Shown one piece after another: positions 48,800 to 59,595 of a stretch of 64,000 nucleotides of DNA. The notes below the pieces were generated by a model that made no database searches, was not told where the DNA came from, and was given only the letters and a program-made list of their open reading frames with translations. The stretch spans positions 2,240,001 through 2,304,000 of the forward strand of contig CAWAIF010000003.1 in the NCBI GenBank assembly GCA_963782055.1, read 5' to 3'. Numbering within the stretch: the stretch's first letter is position 1; every line of letters begins with the position of its first letter. A program made the translations under genes and the position numbers. Source of the DNA: an uncultured delta proteobacterium (GTDB lineage: Bacteria; Myxococcota_A; Polyangia; Polyangiales; Polyangiaceae).

Positions 48800-48922
48800 C
48801 AGAAGTTGCAAGAGGTCCGACGCTGGGCGAAGGACGACAGGCTGCACTATCGGCCGCCTGGGCTCGCGACGTCAACCCGGAATCGCCTTCGCCGCCCTCG
48901 CGGCGGAGCACGCCCCGGGCGC

Positions 48923-49099
48923 GAGGCCTCCGACTTCTTCCCGGCGTTCTACAACGCCGGCAAGGCGATGTTCGCCGCCGAGTACACGAACGACGCCAAC
49001 TCGGCGACGTCCTTCTGTCCGGCGGCGATCGCCCACCGCACCAACGCCGCGCTCTTCGACGTGGCGCTGGACGGAGAGACGCGCACGCCCTGCGAGTGA
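48923..49099 (+). pseudogene. C-terminal fragment of a GH114-like (endo-alpha-1,4-polygalactosaminidase) gene
   Basis: F.NAGKAMFAAEY...FCP.A......LDG..R.PC*; no 5' part. Confidence 0.6.
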
Positions 49100-49809
49100 G
49101 CGCGAGCTCACGCCGGAACGACGCAACGACACTCAACGCGCGCAGGCTCGCGCTGCAGGCCCATCCGGACCCAGGGAACCCCTAGGGTTCTGCCGGCAGC
49201 ACTTTGTGCGTCAGAGCGACTCCACTGCACTGTATCGCATCTCGCGCATGTGCAATGAACAGCTCCGCCTCTGGTGACAGACGGTACTTCGCGAGAATGC
49301 TAATCTTGATCGGTGTCCCGTTGTTCAGGGATGACGCGCGCCTGGTACCGGGGACGTAGGCGCGACGGCAGGCGCGTCAAGTCATTCGCTTGCGAAGTGG
49401 CCAGAGGCTGACCAGCGCGTAGACCGCCGGCGCGGTCCCGATGCACGTCGGCAGCGAGCATACGGCCTAGATCAGCGTGGAGGTGACGGCCCACTTGCGC
49501 CTGCGGAACAGGCCGTAGGCGTTGATCGGCGTCCAGATCACCCCGAGCGGCGCCCACCCGAGGAGGAAGAGGGCGGTGAGCCACACGGCCAGGACCATCG
49601 AGACGCCGTGCACCCCGGCGTCCGTCTTCGGCTGCGCGGGCGGCGAGCTGCTCACCGCGATCGCCCACGTGAAGAGCGTGGAGACCACGCCCGCGAAGTC
49701 CGAAGGCCGCGCCTCCGTCAGTGCGAGAGGGTGGAGTCGACCGCGAGCATCTGGGTGCCGCCGTTGATGGTCCCCGTCAGCTTGCAGATCGGCTTGCCGG
49801 GCTTGCCCG

Positions 49810-50157
49810 TCAGTGTCGGTAGCTCTCGACGACGTTCTTCGGCGGTCGCTCGATGGCGCTGAGCGGCGACGTGATGATGGTGCGCTCTCGGTCGGCGTCG
49901 GCCGCGAAGAAGACCTGCTCGCCCGGCTTCGGGTCGCCGCTGGTGGCGGACGCGATGCTGCCCTGTTCGTCGAAGCGCAGGCCGCCGCTGAGGTGCTTGC
50001 CGAGCGCGGGATGCTCGGGGACGAAGCGACCCGTGCGCAGGTCGCGAACCGCGACGCATACGCGGTCTCGGCAGTGGTACTCGCTGTTGAGGGTCACGAG
50101 AACGCGATGATGGCGCCGTTCGGGCCCGCGATAGGTGGTGTGCTCGGCCGTGTCCAT
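49810..50157 (-). CDS. Hypothetical protein
   Basis: GPERR.HRV.VT.NSEYH...CVAVRD; coding-like composition. Confidence 0.7.
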   Translation of the reverse strand: MDTAEHTTYRGPERRHHRVLVTLNSEYHCRDRVCVAVRDLRTGRFVPEHPALGKHLSGGLRFDEQGSIASATSGDPKPGEQVFFAADADRERTIITSPLSAIERPPKNVVESYRH

Positions 50158-50433
50158 GATGTGCCTCTAATTCAGGGCAGGTGATGCATGTGTCGGGCCA
50201 CGACAGCTCAGCGGTGATGGGAGACGCGGGGGCGGGCATCGCTTCACGCCTCGGCATTACGAGGAGTGGCCGAGCGACGGTGGCGCCAGCTCGGTCCGTC
50301 CTTGCTTGGAGGACTACCGCCGCGCGCGGCGAGCGCGTCTCGCGAGACTCGCTTGCGAGCTCGTGTTCGCGCGGATGCCGAGCGTGAGAAACCGCACCCC
50401 CCTGCTCGGCCAGGTGTGCTAGCGAACGTCACC

Positions 50434-52662
50434 ATGTCGAAAGCTTGCATCCTCTTGCTCGTGGCGGCCGTCGCGTGCGGAGGTGCCGAGGCCCCCGAGG
50501 GGACGGGACCCGCGGTGGCGCCCACCGTGACGGCGACGGCCCGCGCCTCGACGTCCGCCTCCGCCGCGTCGTCGAGCGCGGCCGCTCCGCAGGTTGCCGG
50601 GACCGCTCCGTTCGCTCTCGCCGCGGACCATCCGCTCCCGTCGAACGCGCCGAAGCCCGACAGCCCCGCGGTCCTCGCGAAGAAGTACGGCGGCGCCACC
50701 GTCCCCCTCGCGTCACGCCTGCGCGCCCTCGGGGACTTCGCCGCCAAGTGGAAGACCCTCGCGTCGATGCCGCGCGCCGCGAAGGAGCGCGCCGCGGTGG
50801 CGTGGCTCAGCGCCCGCCCGGAGATCGAGGCCGCGGGCGTCGGGCATAGCAGCGTCTGGGCGCGCTTCAAGGACGGCAAGATGATCATCGTGCCGACCTA
50901 CGAGTGGAGCGCTCCCGCGCCGGCGCACGCGGCGGCCTGGCGCGAGCCTTCGTCGCGGAACGCGAAGACCGAGATCCCGGAGAGCAAGGCGCGCGTAACG
51001 CCCGCCGCGTTTGCGTACGCCACCAACGGCATCATCCGGGGCTGGCTCGGCGCACACGGCTACGAGGACACGAACGCGACGCCCTCGATCCCTTCGCTGC
51101 GCACGAAGGTGAAGAACGCCGGTCTCTTCTACATCAACACACACGGTGGCGACGGCCTCGAGCGCGACGTGAAGGTCGTCCGGGAGTTCTCGGACGATCA
51201 CCTGTACGCCCTCTGGACCTCGACGCCGGTCCTGGACGCGGACGGCAAACCGTTCACCGGCAAGGGCGTCGTGGCCCACGATCTGACGAACCTGCGCGCA
51301 AAGGCGGGTCACAATTCGCAGATCGACGACGAGCTCGCGCACGGCGAGCTCGTCTACATGTACGCGAAGATCGCGACCGGGTGGGTCTGGCACTACGCAT
51401 TCACGCACCGCTTCGTGAAGAAGTTCTTCACGTTCTCGAGCCACTCGCTCGTGTACCTCAACGCGTGCGAGAGCCAGGGCGAGTCGTCGTGGGCGATGAC
51501 CGTCGCCTTCTTGAACGCGGGAGCGGACCTCGTCGTCGGCTGGACGAAGGAGGTCAAGGACGAGTCGGCGATGCGCGCCGCCGAGTTCGTATTCGATCGC
51601 ATGCTCGGCGCGAACCAGATGAACGAGTACAAGCTCCACCCCGACAAGCCGTTCCAGCGCCCGTGGAACTTCGCCAACACCTACGGTGACCTCGTCCACA
51701 ATCACTACGACTGGGGAACCAACAGGAAGGGCGAGCCCACGGAGCTCGTCTACACCGGCAACACCGAGGTCGCGCTCATCCCGATCATCGACAAGATGGA
51801 GTCGGACGACGTCCAGCACGTGCTCACGCTTCACGGGACGTTCGGCGACGATCCGGGCGCCGCCAACCGGAAGGTGACGATCGCCGGCGCCGTGTGCCCG
51901 GTGAAGAACTGGTCCCCAACCCAGATCACCTGCGCGCTCGGAAACGACTTCAAACACGGCGACGTCATCGTCGAGAAGCTCGGGCGGACGAGCAACCCGT
52001 CGCCGCTCACCGGGTGGGTCGTCCCCGAATCGTTCGAGATCAGCGCAATCGGGGCAGGCCACTTCGGCTGGGGCCTCGGCTTCGAGGCGCACGTGCGCGG
52101 CGACGTGCACGCGGTGCGAGCGACGCCCGAGTCCACGCCGACGCCCCGCGATCCGGTGTCGTTCTACGCGGCGCCCGACTCGAAGTGCGGAGCCTCGGGC
52201 GACAAGGGTCTCTACGTGGGTCCGCACGGCGGCAAGGGGTGGATGACCGCTGCCTACGGCAGCCTCCACCTGCTCGAGGGGCCGCCGATGGGCACCGACT
52301 GGTGCGTGCTCTACGGGAAGATCAATCCGCAGAATCACAAGCTCAAGCTGGTGATTTTCGGGGTCACCGCGAAGAACGCGGGGTCGTTCCACGCCCAGGG
52401 GGGAGGCCGCACCTACACCACCGGGTTCGGCGCGGGCGTCATCCCCGTCCCGGGGCTCTTCGACGGCAGCGTCGCCGCCCCGCCGGGGATGCGGGGTCCC
52501 GCGATGCCGACGGCGATGTTCCTGCCTATGGACGACGAGGGCCAGATCACCGCCAACCACAAGGGCCCGGTCAGCTTCCCGGGAACGAACCGAGCGAACG
52601 TGACGGTGCGCTGGGGCGAGGCGAAGCCGGACGACTACCCGACGGACCAGACGCCCCAGTAG
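50434..52662 (+). CDS. Large lipoprotein with possible caspase/gingipain-like His-Cys motifs and an IPT/TIG-like domain
   Basis: AVAC lipobox; YINTHGG...YLNACES; LHGTFG...WSPTQITC. Confidence 0.75.
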   Translation: MSKACILLLVAAVACGGAEAPEGTGPAVAPTVTATARASTSASAASSSAAAPQVAGTAPFALAADHPLPSNAPKPDSPAVLAKKYGGATVPLASRLRALGDFAAKWKTLASMPRAAKERAAVAWLSARPEIEAAGVGHSSVWARFKDGKMIIVPTYEWSAPAPAHAAAWREPSSRNAKTEIPESKARVTPAAFAYATNGIIRGWLGAHGYEDTNATPSIPSLRTKVKNAGLFYINTHGGDGLERDVKVVREFSDDHLYALWTSTPVLDADGKPFTGKGVVAHDLTNLRAKAGHNSQIDDELAHGELVYMYAKIATGWVWHYAFTHRFVKKFFTFSSHSLVYLNACESQGESSWAMTVAFLNAGADLVVGWTKEVKDESAMRAAEFVFDRMLGANQMNEYKLHPDKPFQRPWNFANTYGDLVHNHYDWGTNRKGEPTELVYTGNTEVALIPIIDKMESDDVQHVLTLHGTFGDDPGAANRKVTIAGAVCPVKNWSPTQITCALGNDFKHGDVIVEKLGRTSNPSPLTGWVVPESFEISAIGAGHFGWGLGFEAHVRGDVHAVRATPESTPTPRDPVSFYAAPDSKCGASGDKGLYVGPHGGKGWMTAAYGSLHLLEGPPMGTDWCVLYGKINPQNHKLKLVIFGVTAKNAGSFHAQGGGRTYTTGFGAGVIPVPGLFDGSVAAPPGMRGPAMPTAMFLPMDDEGQITANHKGPVSFPGTNRANVTVRWGEAKPDDYPTDQTPQ

Positions 52663-52941
52663 CATGATGGCGTCCTGACGCCGTTCGAGATCGCGGCGAC
52701 GGTGACCACGTTGCGGCTCGCGCGCACCGAGCGTGCGCGGCATGCCGAGGCTGCTGGTCTTCAAGGGCGGTGAGCCAACGGCGGTCGCACCTGGGCGTCG
52801 CCACGCGCGAGAGGCTCCTCCAGGAGCAAGACGCGTCGAGCCGGGCGAGCGCAATCGCCTGAGTCGTTGCTGTCCCAACCATCTGGACGGGGCATGCCAT
52901 ATAGCAGGTCCGCGGCCCGCGAATCGCGGTAGTGTGCGTCG

Positions 52942-55440
52942 ATGGGCTCTGTGCAGTTCAAGCGCTCCCCCGCGCACGTTTCACGCGCCGTCGTGGTGCT
53001 TCTTTCGTTCGTCGCCGCGCTGTGCGGTGCGCTCGTCCTCGGGGCGTGCAGCGGCGGCACCGGAAGCGTCCCCGGCCACGACGCCGGCGCCGGCCCGGCT
53101 CCGGGTGTGCTGCGCGTGCTGATCACCGGCCTGCCGGAGCGACAGAGCGCGTTCGTCGTGATCTCGGCGCCGGGCGTGGAGAGAAAGCTGACGACGAGCG
53201 CCGACGTGCCGCTCGCGCCCGGCGACTACACCGTCTTCGCCGCCGCGGTGACCGACGCGGACAAGACCGACGGCACGGGCTTCGCCCCGGACGAGGAGAG
53301 CCAGCCGGTCACGGTCACCGCCGACGCGGGCGCGACGGTCGACATCCCGTACGCGCTGGTGACCCCGCAGATCGCCCCGGAGACGCACGTCGCCGGGCCG
53401 GAGACCGCCGCCTCACTGGCGAGCTTGACGCGCGACGCCGAGGACGGCGCGACGCTGGTCTTCGCTCACCCGACCGCCGAGACCACCGGGTGGAAGGTGG
53501 GCGACCTCGTCGTCTTCGGCGACACGCCGACCACTCCGGACGGGTTCTTCGGTCGCGTCGCCACCACCGACGGGACCACCGTCACGACCACCGCCGCCTC
53601 GCTCCAGGAGATGATCCAGCAAGGCGTCATCGACTACACGAAGAGCTTCTCGCCCTCCGACATCGTCAAGGTCACCGCGCTCGACTCCGGGCTGGCCGGC
53701 GACGTGCGCATCTGCAACTCGCTCACCGCGTCGCTGCCCGCGAAGAAGGGCGCCACCAGCGTGGCGCTGACCGTCGGCGGCGACATCTGCTTCACGCCGA
53801 CGATCAAACTGAAGGCGCACTTCTCCCTCACCCACCTGCCCGACATCTACTTCGACGTGGGCGCGGGCATGACCGGCTCGCTCGACGTGACCGGCGCCGC
53901 CACCATCGCCATCGACGACGCGGTGCCCATCCTGGATGTCTCCCTCGCCACCTTCGACATCCAGCTGGGCCCCATCCCCCTCGTCATCAAGCCGGAGATC
54001 TCCATCAGCGTCGGCGCGAGCGGCGAGGTGACCGCGAGCGTCACCGCCGGCATCACCAGCGCCGTCGACGCCTACGGAGGTTTCTCCTTCAACGGCAAGC
54101 ACAAGCGCTTCGACGCCTTCAGCGGGCACAGTGAGTCGTTCGGCTTCCAGCAGCCCACGCCGCAGGCCACCGCCACGCTCCGAGGCTACGGCGGCCCGCA
54201 GCTCACCCTGCTCATCTACGGTCTCGCCGGTCCCTTCATCAACCTGGAGGGCTACACCCAGCTCGACGTGGACCTCCTGAACAGCCCGCTCCACGGCGGC
54301 TTCGACCTGAACGCGGGCATCAGCTCGACCAAGCTTCTGAAGCTGGAGTACTCGGTGCAGCTCTTCGAGTACGACAAGGTCCTCGCAACGGCACCGGACC
54401 CGCCGCCATTCGGATCGCGCGTCGCGCTGGTCACCTCTTCGCCCTCCGCCACCAACCTCGCCGTCGACCCGAGCGATACCCTCTACGTCGCCACCGGCGA
54501 TGACGTTCGCGCGCTCACGCCCGAGGGCGCCACCGCCTGGACGTACACCGGCACGGGCGTGATGGAGCACGTCGCCCGCGCCGCCGACGGCACGCTGTTC
54601 GCGGCCGACTTCAACGGCGGCGTCTACGCGCTCACCTCCGCGGGCACGGAGAAGTGGACCACCACGCTGACACCGCAGGTGCGCGGCATCGCGACGCCTG
54701 CGGCGAACCTGCTCTACGTGTCGACCGGCAACGCGGTGGCCTCGATGAACACCGCCAACGGTAACGTCGTGTGGAGCACCGACCTCGGCGACGCGCCGCT
54801 CTCCATCTCGGTGGGCAAGGACGGCACCATCTACGCGCCCACCGGGTCCGGCCTGGTGGCGCTCGCGCCGAGCGGGAGCGTGAAGTGGACCGCTGCGTCT
54901 GCCCAGGCGGAGGAAGGCGGCGCGGCCATCGCCGACGACGGCACCATCTACACCCAGGTCAACGACGGCGCGCTCGCCGCGGTGCGCCCGGATGGCTCGC
55001 TGAAGTGGAAGCGGACGGTGCTCACCAGCGATCAGCCATCCGGGCCGGTCGTGGGAGCCGACGGGAGCATCTACCTCTGCGGCACCGACCCGGGCGCAGC
55101 CCTCGTCGCGCTCGAGCCGACGAGCGGCGACACGAAGTGGCGGTATGCCCTGAGCGATTCGTGCAAGGGGCCGCCGGCAATGGGCGCCGACGGAAACCTC
55201 TACCTCGCGACAGCCGACAACCTGCGGGTCCTCCGAGCGTCGGACGGAAAGCTGCTCTGGCACGCCTCCATTCCGGGCGGCGTCGGCGCGCCGACTGGAT
55301 CGCCGCTCTTTCTGTCGAGCAAGAACGTGGTCGCGGTCAACACCGGCGGCCTGGGGATCTATTACGCCGGGACCACGCTGGCGACCAACGGCTGGCCGCG
55401 TGACGGTTACGACGGCGCGGCGGCGGGAGCGAAGAAGTGA
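52942..55440 (+). CDS. Lipoprotein with C-terminal PQQ-like beta-propeller repeats
   Basis: LGAC lipobox; repeated DGTIY...LxAxxPxGxxKW. Confidence 0.88.
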   Translation: MGSVQFKRSPAHVSRAVVVLLSFVAALCGALVLGACSGGTGSVPGHDAGAGPAPGVLRVLITGLPERQSAFVVISAPGVERKLTTSADVPLAPGDYTVFAAAVTDADKTDGTGFAPDEESQPVTVTADAGATVDIPYALVTPQIAPETHVAGPETAASLASLTRDAEDGATLVFAHPTAETTGWKVGDLVVFGDTPTTPDGFFGRVATTDGTTVTTTAASLQEMIQQGVIDYTKSFSPSDIVKVTALDSGLAGDVRICNSLTASLPAKKGATSVALTVGGDICFTPTIKLKAHFSLTHLPDIYFDVGAGMTGSLDVTGAATIAIDDAVPILDVSLATFDIQLGPIPLVIKPEISISVGASGEVTASVTAGITSAVDAYGGFSFNGKHKRFDAFSGHSESFGFQQPTPQATATLRGYGGPQLTLLIYGLAGPFINLEGYTQLDVDLLNSPLHGGFDLNAGISSTKLLKLEYSVQLFEYDKVLATAPDPPPFGSRVALVTSSPSATNLAVDPSDTLYVATGDDVRALTPEGATAWTYTGTGVMEHVARAADGTLFAADFNGGVYALTSAGTEKWTTTLTPQVRGIATPAANLLYVSTGNAVASMNTANGNVVWSTDLGDAPLSISVGKDGTIYAPTGSGLVALAPSGSVKWTAASAQAEEGGAAIADDGTIYTQVNDGALAAVRPDGSLKWKRTVLTSDQPSGPVVGADGSIYLCGTDPGAALVALEPTSGDTKWRYALSDSCKGPPAMGADGNLYLATADNLRVLRASDGKLLWHASIPGGVGAPTGSPLFLSSKNVVAVNTGGLGIYYAGTTLATNGWPRDGYDGAAAGAKK

Positions 55441-56009
55441 AGCTGGCGCACGCCCTCCGCCCGGTCGCGATCGCCGCCGCCGCGCTCGCCCTCGCGATGG
55501 CGGCGTGCGAGGAGACCACGCCGGACACCTTCGACGCCGGCGGTCCTATCCCCGTGTTCGATTCAGGGGTCGAGGCGGGCCCGGTCACCTGCGACACACC
55601 GGATTGCCAGCCGGCGGATTTTCGGGCCGTCGCCACCCTGCCTGCCTGCTGCACCGTGGACGGTGCTTGCGGCCTGCAGCTCGCGCCGGCGTCGCCCTAC
55701 CTCCCCACGCCGGCCGGCTGCACCGCGGTCTCCAACCCGGGCGTGTCCGACGACCAGTGTCCGAGCTACGCCGCGCCCAGCTCGCTGTACAAGGAGGATC
55801 TGCAGGGCTGCTGTCGCGGCGACCACACGTGCGGGATCTTCGTGGCGCTCGCTGACACGCTGGACCTCGGATGCGTGCCGGCGAGGGGGTTCCTCGACGA
55901 CGCGGGCGTCGGCGCGCCGTGCGGACTGGACGACGGAGGCGCGGGCGACGCGGCGTCGGATGATGGAGGTGACGCGCAGGACGCCGACCCCGACGTCACC
56001 GGAGACTGA
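55437..56009 (+). CDS. Cys-rich lipoprotein
   Basis: GTGA overlap with the upstream gene; AMAAC lipobox. Confidence 0.8.
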   Translation: MKLAHALRPVAIAAAALALAMAACEETTPDTFDAGGPIPVFDSGVEAGPVTCDTPDCQPADFRAVATLPACCTVDGACGLQLAPASPYLPTPAGCTAVSNPGVSDDQCPSYAAPSSLYKEDLQGCCRGDHTCGIFVALADTLDLGCVPARGFLDDAGVGAPCGLDDGGAGDAASDDGGDAQDADPDVTGD

Positions 56010-56300
56010 CCGACCCGATCCACGCAAGCTCGCCGGTTTCCTCGTGCGCGCGCGGTGACGCGGGATGGGCGACTCTCGCCCCTGGTTCGTCGTTCCAGTG
56101 GGACCGGTCGCCACCCTTTCGCACAAGAGGGATTGCCGGCATTCACGTGCTTCTGCGCCCCTGCGGTCGCCTAGAACAATGGTATGAACGGTCGTGGCGT
56201 CCTGGGGAGATGGAGTGAGCCATCCTGGTCCGTCACCCCAGCCGGACCGCACGCGGTCCGTCTGGATGCGGGCGACGGCTCGCCTCGGGGAGGCTTCATC

Positions 56301-56666
56301 ATGACCACCCACCCTCGCGTCAATCTCGCCTCCGGTTGGTGCCTCGTCGCCGCGTGCCTCGCAATCGGCGTCGTCGGCTGTCGGGGCCACGACCATCGCC
56401 CCCACGCCAATCTCGCTACCACCCGAGGGAGCGTCGCGACGACGGGCGGCGGCACCGGCACGCCTTGCCACCGCGATTCTGATTGCAGGCTCGTCGACTG
56501 CGCGGGCTGCACCTGCGGGGGCGTTCACGTGAAGGACCCCGACGGGTGCGAGCGGTCGCGCTGCGTGGCCTGGCCATGCGCCGGCTACGTCGCCGTGTGC
56601 GATGCGACGACCCACCGCTGTCGCTCCGAGAAGTCGAGCGGACCCGACGCGAGCCGCACGCCCTGA
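56301..56666 (+). CDS. Small Cys-rich lipoprotein
   Basis: GGGGAGG RBS; VVGC lipobox; CHRDSDC motif. Confidence 0.65.
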   Translation: MTTHPRVNLASGWCLVAACLAIGVVGCRGHDHRPHANLATTRGSVATTGGGTGTPCHRDSDCRLVDCAGCTCGGVHVKDPDGCERSRCVAWPCAGYVAVCDATTHRCRSEKSSGPDASRTP

Positions 56667-56693
56667 CCGGGCTCGACGAATCCTGGCGCGCCC

Positions 56694-57147
56694 TCAGCGG
56701 GCGGCGCCGCTCGTCGCGGGCGGCGGCCCCGGAGGACCGCAGGGGAAGCGTCGCGCGCACGTGTGCGGCGCGGTCAGCGTGCAGCGGGGCTTCTCAACGC
56801 CGCAGGTCGCGTCGTCGAGCGTCTCGCAGCGCGAGATGCACCCGACGGTGGGGCAGTTCGACGCAAAGCACCGGGCGTCCGTGACGCACGCGGCGACCGA
56901 CTCGCCGCGGTAGCCCATCCCTTCGCAGCGCGGATTCTGCCTCGCACGACCCGACGTCGTGGTGCGCCCCGCAGGGATCGCCCGCCGGCGCCGCGCACCA
57001 GTCGGTCGTGCGGAAACCGCAGTCCGGGCTCGCGCTCCGCGTCGGCGTCGCCGTCGGCGCGCTCCGGTGGGCCTTCTTCGGCGTCGTGCACGACACGAGC
57101 ACCAAGACCGAAGTCGCGAGCACGAGCGAAGAAGCGGCATGGAGCAT
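56694..57147 (-). pseudogene. Cys-rich lipoprotein with a +1 frameshift near 56937
   Basis: MLHAASSLVLATSVLVLVSC...GSCEA in one frame continues as NPRCEGMGYRGESVAAC in another. Confidence 0.65.
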
Positions 57148-57286
57148 CGCCGGCGATGATCGTCGAGCTCTCCCGCCCGGCGCAAGTCGCGTGGCCCTAT
57201 CAGCTCGTCGTCGTCTCGCTTCGTCGATGGTCATGCGGTCGAGTCCGGCGGCACGAACCGGCGGGGCGCAGGTGCTGCCCGCCGGG

Positions 57287-58141
57287 CTAGGCCAGCGCGG
57301 TGGGCTCCAGGTTCTCCGGCTTCTGCGCGAGCTCCCCGGCCGTCAGCCGCGCGTAGATCTCGACGAGGGTGCCGTCGGGGTCTTCGAGCCAGAGCTCGTG
57401 GAGCGGCGTGCCGCGCCAGGTGGTGCGCGGCGGCTTGGTGACGGTCCAACCGGCATCCCTCGCCAGCGCGTACGCGCGCACGACGGCCGCCTTGTCGCCG
57501 ACCGCGACGCCGAGGTGATAGAGCGTGTCGTGGTGCAGCTCCTTGCCGTCGGACACCACGACCACGAAGTTGGTGTGTAGCCGCGGGTGGACGAAGGTCG
57601 AGTAGCGGTGCGTCCACTCCTTCGGCTGCACGCCCAGCAACCAGGCATAGAAGCGGGTGCTCCTCGCGAGGTTGGTCACGCGAACGCTCGCGTGGAACTC
57701 GTCGGGCTCGGGGCCCGCGGGGACCTCGAGGAGCGCCTCGAGGACCTCGAGGCGTCCCTGGATCTGGTCGCGCGCCGCTCGAAACCGGGCGAGCGCCTCT
57801 TCGCGCGGGACCGACGCGTCCTTGGTGGCCGGATTGGAGATCGGCCAGTGGAGCCTGCGGGCCTCGCCGAGGAAGACCGGGCAGACCTCCTCTGCGCACA
57901 GCGTGATGACGGTCCCGACCGTGGCCGGATCGATCGTCTGGACCGACTTCGAATGGTGCGTCGTGAGGTCCACGCCGACCTCGCGCATGACCTCGATCGC
58001 GTAGGGGTTGACCTGCGAGGGCTCGCTTCCGGCGCTCTGGACCGCCACGCGCTCGCCGAAGAGCTTTCGCGCGAGGCCCTCGGCCATCTGGCTGCGCGCG
58101 GAGTTCGCGACGCAGAGAAAGAGGATGCTCAGGCTCGGCAT
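57287..58141 (-). CDS. arsC: LMW-PTP-type arsenate reductase fused to an ArsI/CadI-like VOC domain
   Basis: [18 protein letters not shown] and [10 protein letters not shown]-terminal FHASVRV...HLGV...W.EDPDG..VEIY. Confidence 0.85.
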   Translation of the reverse strand: MPSLSILFLCVANSARSQMAEGLARKLFGERVAVQSAGSEPSQVNPYAIEVMREVGVDLTTHHSKSVQTIDPATVGTVITLCAEEVCPVFLGEARRLHWPISNPATKDASVPREEALARFRAARDQIQGRLEVLEALLEVPAGPEPDEFHASVRVTNLARSTRFYAWLLGVQPKEWTHRYSTFVHPRLHTNFVVVVSDGKELHHDTLYHLGVAVGDKAAVVRAYALARDAGWTVTKPPRTTWRGTPLHELWLEDPDGTLVEIYARLTAGELAQKPENLEPTALA

Positions 58142-58383
58142 GGGTGTCCGTTTCCTCCCGGCTCGCGCGGGCCGAGAACTCGTTCGCGGCGTCTGGCTCG
58201 CAGTCTACGTCCACCGTCCCGTTCGCGCTCGAAGTCAGCGTCCCCTCCGGCGCCCAGGGCCAGGTCGTGCGGAGGACCCCCCGGAGCGGCGCGCTCGTGT
58301 CGGCCTTTGCGGCCGGCCGCCCACCCAGCTTGGCGGAAGCGGGCCGCCGGTGATCTACAGTGGAGCCGGCGGGAAGGGGGCGA

Positions 58384-59052
58384 TCATTGCTCCGATCTTC
58401 GCCGAAGGGGAGGGTGCAGGGCAGTCTTTGCCGGGCGACGTCCGCGCGAGCGAACGAGTGTGCCTGCGCGCGCTCCGGCGACGACGGTGCGGACCGCGAT
58501 CTCGAGCAGCTCGTCCTTGAGCCGGCCTGACGCGCTCGCGTTCCATGCGTCGACGACGGCCGAAAGCATGTGCAGCAACAGCTGCGGATCGGTGCCGTCG
58601 GGGAGCTCGCCCCGCGCCATGGCTCGCGTGACCATCGCGCGCCATTCGGCGCTGCGCTCCTTCACGGGTTCGTCGATCACTGCGCTCACCTCGGGGTCGT
58701 GCTTCTCTGCGAGGAGCCGCGCCCATGCCCTTCCTTCCACGCGGTCCTTGAAGGTCACCCTGCGGCGGAAGGCCTTGGCGAGGTCCTGCTCGAGCGAGCC
58801 GGTGTCGGGCAGCGGCACGTCGTGCACGGACCGGCGCATCCACTGGACGGCGGCGGCGACGAGCAGCCGCTTGCTGGGCCAGCGCCGGTAGATGGTGGTC
58901 TTGTTCACCTTGGCGGTCGCGCTCACCGCGTCCATGCGGAACGCCCGGTAGCCGGACTCCGCCAGCTCGGCGACGGAGGCAGCGAGCACCTGCTGCACGA
59001 CGCGCGCACTGCGCCCGCCGAGCACTCCTCTCGTTCGACGCGTCTTCACCAC
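58384..59052 (-). CDS. TetR/AcrR-family transcriptional regulator
   Basis: GGRSARV, VNKTTIYRRWPSK and PDTGSL motifs. Confidence 0.9.
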   Translation of the reverse strand: MVKTRRTRGVLGGRSARVVQQVLAASVAELAESGYRAFRMDAVSATAKVNKTTIYRRWPSKRLLVAAAVQWMRRSVHDVPLPDTGSLEQDLAKAFRRRVTFKDRVEGRAWARLLAEKHDPEVSAVIDEPVKERSAEWRAMVTRAMARGELPDGTDPQLLLHMLSAVVDAWNASASGRLKDELLEIAVRTVVAGARAGTLVRSRGRRPAKTALHPPLRRRSEQ

Positions 59053-59162
59053 GCTCTCGACGATACAGCGGCGCTCGGCGACATGGCAAGCGCAAGTTGC
59101 CATCGTCCGGTCCGAGAGGTACGCTCCAAGTTGGCAAGACAGCGTTGCCTTGTGGAGGTTGC

Positions 59163-59480
59163 ATGCTCTGGTACCAGTTTCCCGCGTACTTCTTCGGGGG
59201 CGCCTTCTTCGCGAACTTCGTCCCCCACTTCGTCTCGGGGATCCTGGGGCGCACCTTCCCGACTCCGTTCGCCACACCCCCGTTTCGCGGACAGTCGTCG
59301 TCGCGCACGAACGTGCTCTACGGGGTGGGCAACCTCGCGGTCGCCTACGCGCTGCTCTCGCGCGGCGGGGACTTCGGACCGCGGAGCGCGCTGCACGCGG
59401 GTCTCTTCGGGCTCGGCCTCACGCTGTGGTCGCTGATGATCGTGCGCTCGCTGGCGCGCACTCAGCAAGGTGCCGGCTGA
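59163..59480 (+). CDS. Small membrane protein, divergent from TetR
   Basis: FANFVPHFVSG..GR.FPTPFA.PP; hydrophobic helices. Confidence 0.8.
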   Translation: MLWYQFPAYFFGGAFFANFVPHFVSGILGRTFPTPFATPPFRGQSSSRTNVLYGVGNLAVAYALLSRGGDFGPRSALHAGLFGLGLTLWSLMIVRSLARTQQGAG

Positions 59481-59578
59481 GCGCGTTCGCGCACGACAGC
59501 CGCGGGCTCGCCGAGACGTACGATCGGGTCAGCGAGGTGCCGTTCGAGGAAGGCAAGCGGCTCGTCGAGCGGCTCGGG
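59477..59578 (+). pseudogene. N-terminal stub of a SAM-dependent methyltransferase
   Basis: DSRGLAETYDRVSEVPFEEGKRLVERLG, after which similarity ends. Confidence 0.45.
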
Positions 59579-59595
59579 ACGAGTATGCTGCGCGC

